Assembly: GCA_904063045.1 (NCBI GenBank)
Contig: CAJFCJ010000013.1
Location: 912,156-976,155, forward strand
From: Dimorphilus gyrociliatus
Lineage: Eukaryota; Animalia; Annelida
Direction of reading: 5' to 3'
DNA length: 64,000 bases
The first letter of the stretch is position 1. Each line of letters starts with the position of its first letter. Below are positions 12,063 through 26,002 of this stretch, one piece after another. The notes under the pieces are model-generated. The model was not told the DNA's origin and made no database searches. It saw nothing but the letters and a program-made list of their open reading frames with translations. The translations under genes and the position numbers were made by a program.

Positions 12063-15000
12063 TTAAAGGTAATTAGCACTTATAAATAGGATCAATAAAA
12101 TTATAAACAAATTAAAACATCCAAAATACATAAGAAAAGTTAAATAGCTATAACTTGAGCAGAATAACGCTAATAAAACAAGAAAGTAAAAGGCTAGAAA
12201 AAACTTGTTAGCACATAATCTGAGAGAGAACCTTGGTCCATTCTTGAGAACAGATTTTTGATAATCGCTAGCACGATTTATTGTCGAGTGATTTAAAACA
12301 TCTAGGCCAACTGGTTCTAGTGTAAGAAATCGCCATAATGGATTAAATATATGACGGTCCGATCGAAGGTAGTTGAGAAGAGGACGTAGTTCGAAAGATA
12401 AAAAGAATGATAATGATAGGAGGAAGCGTACCATCCAATAAAACTCATTTGGCTTTATATCTTGTATGTCACGAGGAAGGATAGAAGTTCTAAGTGGAGG
12501 TGAAAAAGTGGGTATTTTTCTTTCTTCTTCCATTTCAGCTTCAGATAAAATATTCGGTATTTCTCTCTAACAAAGGTGAAAAGAAAAACGTAATTTCACA
12601 AGATTATCTCTAAAAATGTTTGAAGCGTACATCAAAGTATTTGCAATACTGAATTAGTGTATATTTACGAAATGAATCAAAGGTTTCATTTCCACTAATT
12701 ATATCGCAAGAGAGAAAGGTTGATCTATCGGCAAGGCTATAATCATTTAAAAACCAGGTTTCCTGTCGGGGAAATGAAAATGAATAGTAAATTCAAATAA
12801 AAAGAGAAACAAATTATTATAACGATAAATAGAAAAAAGGCTGGAGGATGTTAAAAAAAATGAATACGTCTATTTAAAACTTTACTATGTTTAATGCTTT
12901 CCATCGATTTTTTTGCTTGTCAATGTTACAATAGGCATGAACGATATTCTGTAACAGTTCTCCAACGACGTCTTCATTATAAATAAGAGGTTTTATTTCT
13001 CTACTTATAACGTCATATTTAACTTCTGTCTCTTCCAATTCTATAGAAATAATATATTTTTCATATATTTAATTAAAGATTCTAAAAGAAAAAAAAATAA
13101 TCAACTTACTATCAAAGTATTCATCTATAAATTTTCTACAACCGATTAATACTTCTACCACTCTATAGAAACCGTGAGCAACAACAGGATCCATTAAATT
13201 TACGCTGAGTAAAGACCTTAATAAAATATCGATTGTTTTCGTGTACAACCCAATATGTAAATGAATAAAATTCTTCCACTCGGACCCAATTTCCGATGGT
13301 CTTGAAAGTCTCGCTCCATTTTCATCAGACATGTAACGCCAAGGTTGAACAATGGACCACCATAATTCCATACACAATCTCAAGTGCATTATATCCGACC
13401 AATTCTCAAGAGATTTATGCAAAGAAGGCGTTAGTGCTTCATAAAAATCAGCTTGTAAAGATAATCTGTATCGGGTTGTGGGTGGAAAAATTTTATTTTT
13501 ATAGTATCGTTAAGTGAAAGAAATTGGAACAAAGGTGATCTACAGAACATCAATAGAAATAAAAAATAAACTAACCTACTACTAACATCCAATGCATTTG
13601 CATTATTAACGTAGAGATGTAGCCATTTAACAATCATTAAGTAAATACGAAAATCCTTTCCAATAAATATATATTCGTCAATATAAATAAAATCAACCAT
13701 CTATTATAATTTATTTTGATTAGTTAAAAACGACATTATGTTATTGAAATTAAGTTTACTTACTGTCCCATTGCGATTCTATATATGAAGAGAAAGAAAA
13801 ACAAGGATTTAGTTCATATAAGAGGAATAGTAATAAGCAAAAAAATATTGACTATAGACCGTTGTTAAAAGTACAGTTTTTCATGGATGTATTGTATATA
13901 GTCTAAGAAGTATAGAGATCTAACACTAGCTAACTATATAGCTTTCAAATGTAAAGGTAGCAGTTTAGTCAACGATTAAGATAATGAAATGGAAGAAAAG
14001 AGAACAAATTACGAAGAAAGAGGAAAAAAATAGAGTATAAAGCATAAAAAGCGAATGTAAAAGATCTTTGTTATTGAAAATACTACTAATTCGTTATTTC
14101 ATAAAAAGCTACTTACAATCTGTAAGTAAAGATTTCCCTGCTCTTTTTCCTGTTCATTGTCATTATACACGATCTCTCGGTAACAATACACATAGATGAA
14201 TATCTAAGCGAAAAGAAAACTTATTGTAAAATCCTTATTGTCTTTATGAAAAAAAAATGCTTTATATATATTTATATATTGCCATTTTACAATACAAACT
14301 TCGAGAAAATTCTTGCCAATTTCACTAATTAGATTTAGTAACTTTTCCTGGTCGTCTAAAACAGCTTTGTCTTCACTAATTATAAAAAGAATAAAATAAA
14401 ATGTATAAATAAATAGATATCTCTTAATTAAGAACTTAAGTTAAGAAAAATAGCAACGTACAACGTAAGTCTATATTTTGATTTTCCTTGTTCGATAGAT
14501 TTGAATATTTCTGAATTTGATATGTTCAACGGCATAAAGTAATCTAAATATGAACTAAATAGATCAAGATATAATTTTCCTCTTGTAGATGGTGCCTGGT
14601 AAGATAATATTAAAAAATATTAATAAAATGAAATTCAAAGAAAGTTGTAATAAATTTATATTATTTACATAAAAAAAATTTAAATTTAAAGATAATTAAA
14701 TTGTATTACTAACCACCTGATTCCTGATTTTCATCATGAGTGAAAAATAATGATGGAAAAAGAAGCTAAGAGGATCTGAAAAGATAAAAAAAGAATATTA
14801 AGCTTAACAATAGCTTTTATAAAAAGAAAAAGAATTTGTAACCAGTTTTGATCTCATTAGTTCCAATATTGATATGTTGCAAGTAGACAGTCGTCTTTTT
14901 CTTCTATTGAAAAATATTATTGTTAAATATCTCAAGAGGACAGTTTAGGATAAAATATGTTCTTACGCAGAATACTTTTAAGGCCAAACTTTGCCTGAGT

Positions 15001-15568
15001 ATAGTGGATATTGCGAAACACTTTATAAATGTTAGTAGCGGTCCATCAATATCTAAAAGACTTTTGGCTGAGGGTACTTCATTATCAGATATTGTGTCCA
15101 AACTAATATCCGAGAAAACTAAATGTATAATATCCTGATAGACAGCTCGTATATCCTAAAGATATATTGATCTTAAATGGGTTAAAACTTTAACAAATAG
15201 TAAGTCTTACCAAATTATCCCAACTCTTTAGTAGATTGTGGACTATAGATACTTTTTCGGCGAAGCTTTCTTTGATAAGCAGCTCAGAACGAATTCGCTG
15301 AATTGTAAAAAATATTCGAATATGGTGAGCGATAATGCATAAATCAGTTGCACGAAACACCTGTACATCGTATAAACTTGCTCACCTTAAAGGCTTCTTT
15401 AACGTGAATATGAGAAAGATCATATCTATGAGAAAATGATAAATTTGATAATCCTTGCTGCATATTGCAGCTGGGCGATTTTAAACATTCAGTTAACCGG
15501 ATATTTGGAGCTAGATTTGAGATGGTAGTGTCCGAGTAGTCGGAAATGGTAAGCAGCCGAAGCGCCAT
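12063..15568 (-). CDS. SMPD4: Sphingomyelin phosphodiesterase 4 (neutral sphingomyelinase 3), multi-exon
   Basis: MELWWSIVQPWRY resembles SMPD4 LEMWLSYLQPWRY; WKNFIHLHIGLYTK resembles WAPFVQENLLMYTK; YLDYFMP; C-terminal GPRFSLRLCAN followed by a hydrophobic transmembrane tail. ATG at 15568, stop at 12063. Confidence 0.8.
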
Positions 15569-17126
15569 CGGTTTCGTGCAGCGAAAACTGGTGTCAGGAA
15601 TATTTTAACAAAAACACCCCAAACGTTGGAGATAGTAAAAGCTTCAAAAAAGTTGGTTTCTTTTCTTTTATTCTCTTTATAGACTGTAGTTATTTAGTAG
15701 GTCTATACCTCTTTGTAATGTAATTACAACGGAAAAAGATTAAATTTTCATCGCGATTAACATTTTTTTGTCTGTAGAATATTTGTACAGATCGGTTAAA
15801 AATAGTGCAAAATTTCCTCGTTAAGAACTTCTTTAGATATTTTTTTTAAATAAGAAAGATTCATTCAACATGGTTATTAACTCATTGACTAGAGACCAAA
15901 AGAAGAGAATATGAATAAATGGAATATATGTATCTATATATATGTAAATGTATATATATAGAAACATCATGAGGAAGAATAGCAGCTAAAGCTGGTTGGA
16001 TAAATAAGCTAATTTACACTTAGGATGCGAAGTGATATAGAAATATTTTTCTTTCCAGTTACGAAATCAATACGAAAAGCTTAGGGGTTTAAACGTGACA
16101 TACAAGGATTAGGAGAAAAAAATCGTACAAAATCCCATTTCGTCCTCTTCAAATCTATATATTTACCTGCTGGATGCTATTTTACATTAATACTAGACTA
16201 AAAAGACTGGGGGTTTTATCGATCGTATATGTGTCATTGTTTAAAAGTAAAGAGAAAAGGGGAACGGGTGAGAGAGAGAGGGGAGGGGGGATTCACAGTT
16301 GCTAGAAAAATTAACGAGATATCGTGTGGCGTCGCGGCATAATTAACCCCGTATTTCTCCCGTACAAACTAAGAAGCCTGGTAAACGTGCGCCAAACTCA
16401 ATTTTCCAAGTGCTTTACGCCCTTCTACATTGTTGTTTGCTCTCTTTCCACCCTTTTCCGATTAATAACGTTATCGATCGTTTGGCAGAGAAATGCATCT
16501 TTCAACCTCTCTTATAGAGTTATAAAACAACGATTATCAGTCGATTTACCGCCCAAAAAAAAAAAAAAAATGTCCAATTTAAACTTTATTATCAATTTCC
16601 TGTTGACTATAGCTGTGTCTTTGTTAATTGATCATTTTTAAAAATGTTTATTGTTTTCCAGGTTTGTTTTCATGTTTATTTAATTTATATTAATGAAATA
16701 TTTAAACAGTCGCTGTAACCTTAATGTATATCATAAATTTTACACAGAGTTTTTCCATAAGCTCTTCTGAGAGGACCGAGCGACAGCTAGTAATTAAATA
16801 ATAGTTTGTCGATATACATTTATTCGGCTGACTTTTTTTTCTCTTTCCCTTTATACCGCATATATATATTGTTACAGCTATATACATAAGATACAATTTA
16901 AAGTGTATCCAATCTAAATGGCAAGCCTACTACGTCTTTATTATATTGTATAGGTACATTTGTATAAGTTTACAAATTGAAACACGCAGATAGTTTGATA
17001 TATCGGCTGTATTTAACTTTAGAATTAGATCGGGATATGTTTTTTTTTCTTTTTTTTATATCATTTTCCGTTTTTTTTTCCTATTTATATAATTTATGTT
17101 TCTCGCAGACGCAGGATGAAGTAAAG

Positions 17127-18365
17127 ATGCGTCTAAGCACGCAACGGTTACTTATCTATGGTATTTTATGCGTTTTGATAACCATATTATTGTATTCCTG
17201 GTTCTCTCCTTGTAATGATGATACCGTAAGGAGCCGAATGGTGAGAGCAGATGCAGGCAAAGTGGAGGTGGCTGATGGAACAAAAAAATACACTTATTCT
17301 AGAGAAACGCCGATTATTTTTATTGGCGGTGTTCCGCGTTCTGGGACAACACTTATGAGAGCCATGCTAGACGCCCATCCCGATATACGTTGTGGTGAAG
17401 AGACTAGGGTAATACCGAGACTATTGGGGATGAGGAGCCAATGGTCAAAATCGGCTAAAGAATCGAAGAGGCTAATGGAAGCCGGCCTTACGGATCAGGT
17501 TATCGATTCAGCCTTATCCGCTTTCATTTTAGAGATAGTAGCCAGACATGGCGATGCTGCACCAAAGCTCTGCAATAAAGATCCTTTTACTCTTAAATCT
17601 GCCTTCTATCTCTCAAAATTGTTTCCTAATTCTAAGTTTTTATTGATGGTAAGAGATGGTAGAGCGGTTGTACATTCAATTATCAAGAGACACGTGACAA
17701 TTTCCGGTTTTGACCTGCACGATCACGGGCAATGTTTGTCTCGGTGGAATGATGCAGTTGAAACGATGATGACTCAATGTTCCAAGGTCGGTGCTGAACG
17801 ATGCCTGGTTGTTCATTACGAGCAGCTTGTTTTACATCCGGAGAAAATGATGAAAAAAGTTTTGGCATTTTTAGACGTCGAATGGACCACCGACGTTCTT
17901 CATCACGAACGTTTCGTAGGGAAAAAGGGCGGAATCTCTTTATCTAAGTAAGTACACCCTACAGTCAATGTTAATATAAATGAGTCAAAATAAAAGAGAA
18001 AATAGTGTGGAACCTAATAGCTAGACGGAAAATTGAAACTTTTTTAAGTTAGTCGTTTCACGATAATTCGTGACTATTTCAGAACTGAGCGTTCCACGGA
18101 TCAAGTTATTAAGCCAGTGAACTTGGACGCCTTAACAAGTTGGGTTGAAGAATTTCCTATAAACGTCCGGCGGAAAGCGGCATCGTTGGCTCCAATGCTT
18201 AGTAAATTGGGTTATGACCCTACAAAATTTCCACCCAATTACGGAAAACCAGACTCTAAAGTTGCTCAAAATACGGATGAAGTTCACAGACAGGCCGCCT
18301 ACTGGAAAAAACGCGCTGATATGTTTGTAAAGGGCGAAGCAAACCTTACTGGTAGCCCAAGTTAA
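17127..18365 (+). CDS. TPST: Protein-tyrosine sulfotransferase, two coding exons (17127-17947, 18083-18365)
   Basis: Type II transmembrane N-terminus; [35 protein letters not shown] (5'PSB); CNKDPF; [15 protein letters not shown]; SK|[13 protein letters not shown] across a GT-AG intron. Confidence 0.96.
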
Positions 18366-18759
18366 CACCACTAGATGGCGTATCATCGATACCTGTAATT
18401 CTTTCATCTCGTCTTACGTAACAGCAAACCCAATGATTTTAATGCTTTTTTTCTTAAGACTTCGCCATTATAGACCTAAACAAAGGTTTTACTGCATAAA
18501 CTGTCTTTTTGCTTTAGTTTGTTTTTTATTTATTGTTATATTACCCCTCTCTTCGTCTTTTTACATCTAAACAGAAAAACTTTTTTTTACTTTCTTATCC
18601 TATTTTTGGTTCTTTCTTTTGGCATTTTTCTTTGTTAAATTAATATGTTTAGTAGGATTATTTTTTGTTTTGCCTGTTTGTTAAACAGCTGTTTATTGTA
18701 TATTAAAATGAAGAAATGATATTTACAGTATTTGTTAATATCGGGCAGATAAGGGAAGA

Positions 18760-18845
18760 AGAGATATAAAAGCAATAGTAACAACAATAACAACATCAAT
18801 AATAATGATGATGATAATAATAATAATAATAATAATAGTAATAAT
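18760..18845 (+). repeat. (AAT/AAC/GAT)n trinucleotide low-complexity tract between TPST and SLC43
   Basis: Directly visible imperfect triplet repeat. Confidence 0.9.
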
Positions 18846-19603
18846 AGGGAATATATGAACAAATACTAACAACTGGAAAGAGAATGAATAATAGTAATAA
18901 TGATACTGATTATAAAAGTCGTGTTCGTTACCTATAATGATATTAGGAAATGTAATTTTATGAATTAAATTGTGAAAAGATTATTATAGTCTAACATCTG
19001 TGATCTGTGAGGTTAACAATCTTCAAAATGATTTAATATAAATTGGAAATTGAACAAGGAAGAGAGAAAGAAGATATCGAATATTATATCTACTCTTTTT
19101 CATAAGGAAAAATATACAATCCTATCGAAAAGGAGTCATTTATTTGTTAATCTTCTTTCAATTTTCTCTTTTTTAATAATACAAAACTAAATTAATAAAA
19201 TGAAAAAATAATGAATTTTTAATTATCTTGTAGTAGTTTATAATTAAGGTTTTTTATGTAAGCTAATATACTAGATGAGAAGATGTCCACTAGGTTAAGA
19301 AACAGAAGGAGATGAAGAATGAAAATCTTGTATATCTTCCATTTTTTTCCTAGATGATAAATAATAAGTTTTTACATTATAAACTGTTTAAAAGCTATTA
19401 AAATCCTCTAAGAAAGGAAATAGAATGACTAGAATGGAAAGTAATTTTTGTTGTTGTACGCTGTTAATTGGGAAACAAAGTAAAAGGGAGAAAAGCGACG
19501 CCCGTGGCGCGGCAAATTTTCAAACGTGACTACACCGAGAAGTGCTCCGTTTGCGGGCGTTATAGTAAAAAACGCTTCAACGACAGCGACAGTCTATTAG
19601 AAT

Positions 19604-21689
19604 ATGGCGCAACGGGCAGTGCTAATCGTTTGGAGTTTAACAGAATGTTTAATTTTAACTGGTTTTCTAACAAGACCAAATATCCTAATCGACATATTGG
19701 ATAAGCAGGAGTTCTTTCATACATCGTGCAAAGATAATAGGACATCGTGCGACGAGCAGATTTCATCGGTTAAGCAATGTGTATATTTAAGTACTGCAAT
19801 TAGTTGGGTTCTTATGCTACCGGTTGGCTTCTTCTACGACAAATTTGGAACCCTTTTAACAAGAGTTATGATTATGTAAGCATTAATTAATAAATAAGAA
19901 CGTGTAAATATAGTATAATCTATTAAAATAACATTATAAACCAATGAAAATCAACAAGAAATATAGTGTACAACCCTAGGAATCACTGGATGATTACCCT
20001 TTTTTTTAAAAATATTCTAAGCCACCTTTAGTTGGATAAAGTTGCTCATTATCTAAGTAATCATCTTATAAAAATTTCCATTTTCTATCATATAGTTCGT
20101 AATCAATTTTTATCATTTTTTCTCTTTTATTTTATTAATTTTCTATAAGACTTAACTTTACTTTGGTAAATTATAAAGTAAGACTGAAATAAGTGCCTAT
20201 TTTGCTTTAGTATTAATTCATCAAATTTTTTAAGGTATTATTTATAACTTAATAGCTTAAATACAATATATATATATGTATATATATACAATATACATAT
20301 TTATATATAAAAGTCTATAAATTAATACCAGTTTATAAAATTTACTTGGGCTCTTATTATAAGTAAAAATTATAATTTTTTTGCAGGATTGTTTGTTTTT
20401 TTAAAAAAAAAAGAAAGAAAATTTTTTTTATTTTTTTATTTTATTCTTTTTCCAGATTTATATTTACAACTGCAATGCTGACACTGGCTTTTACTCACGT
20501 TTGTACGGTTCTTTATATATATTTTACCTGTCTTTTTTTTATTGTTATAACTCAGTAATATTTACTTTCATTCTATACATTTTACTATTTCTTTTAAATG
20601 TAGATCATTCATGGCTGTTGTATATATCTTGCGTACTGATTGGAATATGTGGCTCTAGCGTGGCTGTTACAAATGTTCAAACAGCGAATCTATTCGTCAA
20701 TCATAGGAACCTTCTACTAGTGACTCTAGTTAGTTGTTCGAAATTGACGTCCGCCCTTCTTCCGTTATTACTCAAGGTTTCTGCTCTAATTAACAAAGAT
20801 TAAGCATTATTTCTTTTATCTTATTTTTAGTACACCAGCGATCAACAAGTGAAAATACAATCGTCTTTTATGTTCCTAACAATTCTCATATTACCTTTGC
20901 TCATTGGAACAATTGCTTTCCTACCAAAGCGGGTGATTCCTTGGCCATTACCGGAAGGATATAATTTAAATAGGCCGGAGACGCTCCATCAGTTCGTCGT
21001 TGGCAGGAGGAACGAGACTGACGCCCCATCCTTAATAAAATCATTAAAAAATCCCCTATTCGCTTATCAGATTCTCTGGTACGTTCTACTATGCCTAAGG
21101 ATCATCTATTTCCGTAATTATTTGGCAACGCAAGACCGCCCAACCGGTAATTGTCTACATATTATAATACCATGGTAACCGTATTCTAATACACTTTACA
21201 GAAATCAACGTGACAGACAAGTTGTCTACGTTTCTCTGTTCGCTAATCGCACCGGCTTTTGGAGCCCTTCTCGACAGAGCTTCTACGTTTTCAGATTCCA
21301 TCAAAAAATTCATTCTATGCTATAGTTTTATACTGCTTTTATCTTCCCTACAATCCGCCTTGTCTGTTCTAAATCAAACTTTGATAGCAGCTTGCGTAGT
21401 CGACAACCTATTACAAGCGTCTCTTTATGGAACTAACGCCGCCTTCATGGCTAATTTCTTTCCTCATAAACATTTCGGTACTCTTTTAGGCTTTACCTGG
21501 GCTTTAGAAGGTTGTCTCTGGCTTACTTATAAAGCTGAACTACGTTACGTAAATTACGTTACGTACGGTTGTATTATTGGAGCATCTGCTTTTCCCGTTC
21601 TTATGTATTTCAACGGTAATCGTCGCCAAAGAAACGATACGGAAGGATGTGATATCGATGAAGCAGCTAACGAAGAGACGAAGATGTGA
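19604..21689 (+). CDS. SLC43A: SLC43 family (LAT3/LAT4/SLC43A3-like) MFS transporter, multi-exon
   Basis: SLTECLILTG...F..SC.....SCDEQ; LPVGFFYDKFGT; TNVQTANLF; FLPKRVIPWPLPEGY; FPHKHFGTLLG; many hydrophobic helices. Confidence 0.8.
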
Positions 21690-22163
21690 AAAGGGCAATG
21701 TCAAATGTTGTATTCTACAGATTTATAAAGAAATAAAACGAAACGGAAATTAATTAATTTTCTCTCAAACTGGAATTTGTTTTCTCTTTTTACTATCTTT
21801 CGATATATTCTCTTATATCTGCCAATCACGTAGTTTCTCTTTTTTCTTCATTGTCTAGTACCCTTACTACTTTTTCTTCATCTTCTCTTTTTCTCTTTTT
21901 TCAACTATTTATCAATATTTTGCACATTTGCTGTCTATCTTCCTCTTTCTATCTAATTCTTTAATTTCTCTTTATATCTTATTATCTTGTTGCGAGTAAC
22001 TTCTTTGTTTTCTATTTGAATTTATCATTTTATTAGAATAATCATTATTACAATGGAGCTTCAACAAAAGATAGCGAAAGAAAAAGAAAATAGAAAATTG
22101 CCATTAGAAAGTACACGGCGTGTTTTTCTTTAATAAAAAACAGAAAGAAATAATGTATAAAAG

Positions 22164-25100
22164 TCAAGTTGTATCGAGCCTGATAACACGCAACTTATTC
22201 GCATCTACTAAGATACAAGCAGCTTCATTAGAACCTCCGCAATAATAACTAGAAGAGAACACCGTTAACAGTCTGGCGCTATATTGCACCTGGAATCCAG
22301 CTTCTTTTACTTCGTGAGCTCTTATTACATGAGAAAATCCATTCTTTTCAAGAAAGCTTTTCAAAGCTCCTAAATTCCAGAAATTCCCCGCTCCCCTACG
22401 AGTGTTTGGCGCGAATCCTTCATTCTTTTCAAAAGCTTCCTTAACATAATCGTTCATTAGTTCCGATGATTCGGGTATTGGATCACTCCACATTAAATCC
22501 CATGCCAATAGACTATCTTCTTCGGGATTAGACAGGGGGCAAGGTATATTATTTATGGCTTCCATTCCTAAATAATTCTGACCGTCCATAAGTAATTTGG
22601 TCGATGGTATACCACCGTGTACGCAAAATATTTTATCATCAACAACAGCAGCAATGGGCATAACGTCAAAACACCTATTTATCTTTTCCCAAATCATAGA
22701 GCCATCTTTCTCTCCAAACATGTCAATGCATTGTCTAAATTGAAAAAGAAACAAAAGGAGAGATAAATTAGATATAGGTCGCTTGGGGAAAGAATAAAAA
22801 ATGAATAAAAACAAACAACTTGGCTAAATATACACTTACGAATGAAAATTAAATTGCTTCTGAACATCGCGCACCTCGTGATTTCCTCGTAATAGAAATA
22901 CCTTGTGGGGGGCGAGCAATTTCTGAGCGAACAAATACGACACAACCTAGTCAGAAGAAAGATAATTAGAAAGGATATTTATATACTAGAAGGAAATTCC
23001 CCCTCCTCCCCACCTATGCTTGCCTCTTCATCATTTAAAACAGACAAGAAGAAGACGAAGAAGAGGGAAAAAGCATTTTGTCTCTAAATAGATTAAAATA
23101 AAAAAATTACCTCAATTCCATGGTCTCCTCTATCTACGTAATCACCTAAAAATAGGTAATTGGCAGGTGTAAGCATTGGTCCCATACGCCACAAAGATTT
23201 CTCGAAGCAAATTAAATCTCCAAAATTTCCATGAATATCACCTTTTTTTTAGTTTGTAGTTTGTTTTTTAGTAAAAAAAAAACAAAGAAAAAGTTTAAAA
23301 ATATGCTTTTGTTTTTTGCCATTAAAGAAAGAAGGAAAAAAAAAAAGTAGGGTAGAAGAGAGAAAAAAAAGAGAACGTAAAAAAGCGTCTAAATCAATAA
23401 TCGTGAGATATATAAACAGTAAGCGTACCTAGAATAAAAGTCGGCGGTTTCACTTTCAATAAACGAGGCTCTTCCTTTAATTTTTCGTAAACTTGATCGG
23501 TTAAGGCTGACAAACATTTACATAATCCATCCGATTGTACTTTACCCCAGCTCATTGATTTCTATAGTTGAAGAGAGGAGGAAGGGGAAAAAAAGATTAA
23601 CAATAAGTAATTAAATAATATATTGTTATATTACTGTCTTTATTGCTATTTAATTAAATTAAATACCTAGAAAATAGATAAATATGGAAATAATAAAGAA
23701 TGGAACCTTGACTAATTCGCCACCAGAATTTTTCGACTGACGTTCAAAATATCTAAGCCCGTTTAGCATCTCGTTTGCGTGAGATTTCTAAAATTAGACA
23801 TAAAAGTAACAAACAAAGAGTTTTTATAATCTTCTTTTCTATATGATATATCCTTACCGAATTGAAACAATCGACGCTCTGCATTCTATGAAATCTACTT
23901 GTATCTCCTTCTAAATCTAATTCGTTTGTATCAGAAACGGCGCAAGTACCTGAAATAAATAAGAAAAAAGAAAAAATTATCTTTGTCTTTTTTTTTTTTA
24001 AAAAGAAAATATGATAAAAATTCAATTTCAAGATAATTAACATAAAAAGAAAAAAAACCTGTTAAGTCCCATATTGAATTAACGTCTGAAAAACCTCCAC
24101 CCCTTTTTACTCTCACGGAATGCGTCGCTAATTCGTAGCCTCTATCAGGCTTCTTAATTGCCATTTGCTTGGGAACGCTATGAGGAACTTTAAAGTCGAA
24201 CGATTCCATAGACTCTTTTTTGTTTTCAAGTAATAAAAGGTTATGATAATGTTATACTGTCGTTGTTATTAATAATTAAAAACCTGGTATAGTGCATTCC
24301 ATGTCATTCGACCTAAGACGTTTATACGAGGGTTTAGAGTTAGTTTCAGGTTTATCTACTGATGTCATAACGGGAAAAGGCAATCGATAAATAGTTGATG
24401 TGCCTCTAAACTTTAATAAGCCAACTGATTCTAGAAAATTTTGCAGAGTTAATTGATCGTTTAGCCAAATAAACGATTTAGCCCCGTTTATTGCATCCTC
24501 GTCGACTTCTTTGGCATTTAAACTAGTCATTTTCGCCCTTCGGATATCGTGGACAATTTTCCGAAAATCTTCTCTGGTAAGGTTCATTTCATCGGCTCTT
24601 CTATAATAATCAAACATATGTCTACATCGTATCTCTGCAGGCAATCCTCCGTGTGGAGTACTAGGTTCCATAGATGCTAAACCTTGTAGAACATTTTTAA
24701 AGGTTAAACGCCCAAATCGTAGTGAGTCAAACGACCTATATAAAAATATATATATATAAATACTGTATATAAGAAAAGAAATAATTTATGTATGATTATA
24801 CGATTATAACAGCACTAAATTCTCAATATATATAATTTACCGAAAGTACGAATCAAAGTTCTCTTTAATGCCTTTTGTTCTCATATAATTTTCGAACGTA
24901 ATCTTGTCCATCGCCTCTGCTGGCGATGTAAATTTGAAAAATTCGTTACAGAGTTGCTCCTGATCTAGAAGCGTGATATTACGTTAATAGCGTCTATAAT
25001 ATGTTCTAAAGAAAGCTTATTTATTTATAATTGATATCCAGACCTTGAGTTGATATCTTTGCGGCATATATTAATTCGGCAGCAGGATTTGTTTGAGATG

Positions 25101-25817
25101 TATTAATAACGTTTGTATCTACTATAAAATCAGCAGTTTCCTCCATCGACTTATAAGTACCAGAGTATTCTCCACCTACGCAAAGAAAAGTAGTGTGTTT
25201 TTTTATTATTATCTGATTTTTTTGCTTTATTACTAACGTAAACGTTGCAATTCATGAAGTGGTTGACGGTCTAAAAGTTTCTCACAGTCGTATAGTTTGT
25301 CTAAATCGGACAAATCAGCCCACTTACATTCTTTCTGCTAAAGGGGAAATGATTGTAAATAATGGTAATATATTATAAATTGTAATATATTGGAAAATAA
25401 GCTATAGTACATTTTTTGCTTTTCCCACTAAAAATGTTCTAATTGGCTGAGCAAGAAATAAATAATGTTGTTGAGTTGTTGCATTTCCGACTTTGAGACT
25501 TCTGACCTTTAGTAGTTTGTTCAAATAGATCTGAGTTCCAGCGATCTATAAATATTAAATAAACAGAAAATATGTCTGAATAGTTTGTAAAATGAATGTA
25601 TTCAAAGTTTTCTTTCTGCATAGGTTCATCTATACTTAGTTACCTCTGTCGCAATTTTTATGGCTGATTGTTTAATGGACTCACTATTACTGACAATTCC
25701 TGAAATGAACCACCAACCACGATCTGAATACTTTTGCAATAGTATCTGCTCCAATGGATTATCATCTTCACTTTCGGCTGGAACACATATTGAAACGGTT
25801 ATTTGAATTTCATTCAT
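22164..25817 (-). CDS. PPP-family Ser/Thr protein phosphatase with N-terminal Nudix-like and EF-hand-like regions, multi-exon
   Basis: All PPP motifs present: [42 protein letters not shown]. Upstream EF-hand-like helices ([18 protein letters not shown]; [17 protein letters not shown]) and a Nudix-like N-terminus ([16 protein letters not shown]...E.....AIKIATE|IAG). Confidence 0.88.
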
Positions 25818-26002
25818 TTCTCGAAAATAGACGTTTTTTACATAACTTCAGGCAAAACATATATACTAATTACCAGTTTTCACCCACGCGCTGTTGCTAA
25901 GAAACAGTTATAGTTAGTTTAATTGTACCTAAAAAGTATTTTAAAAGGCTCTTCTATAAGAAAACAAAACAATTTTCTTTAGAAGAAAGAAATAAAATAT
26001 AA

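Noticed and set aside
18635-18862. Poly-Leu ORF
   Set aside because: Translation of the (AAT)n microsatellite.
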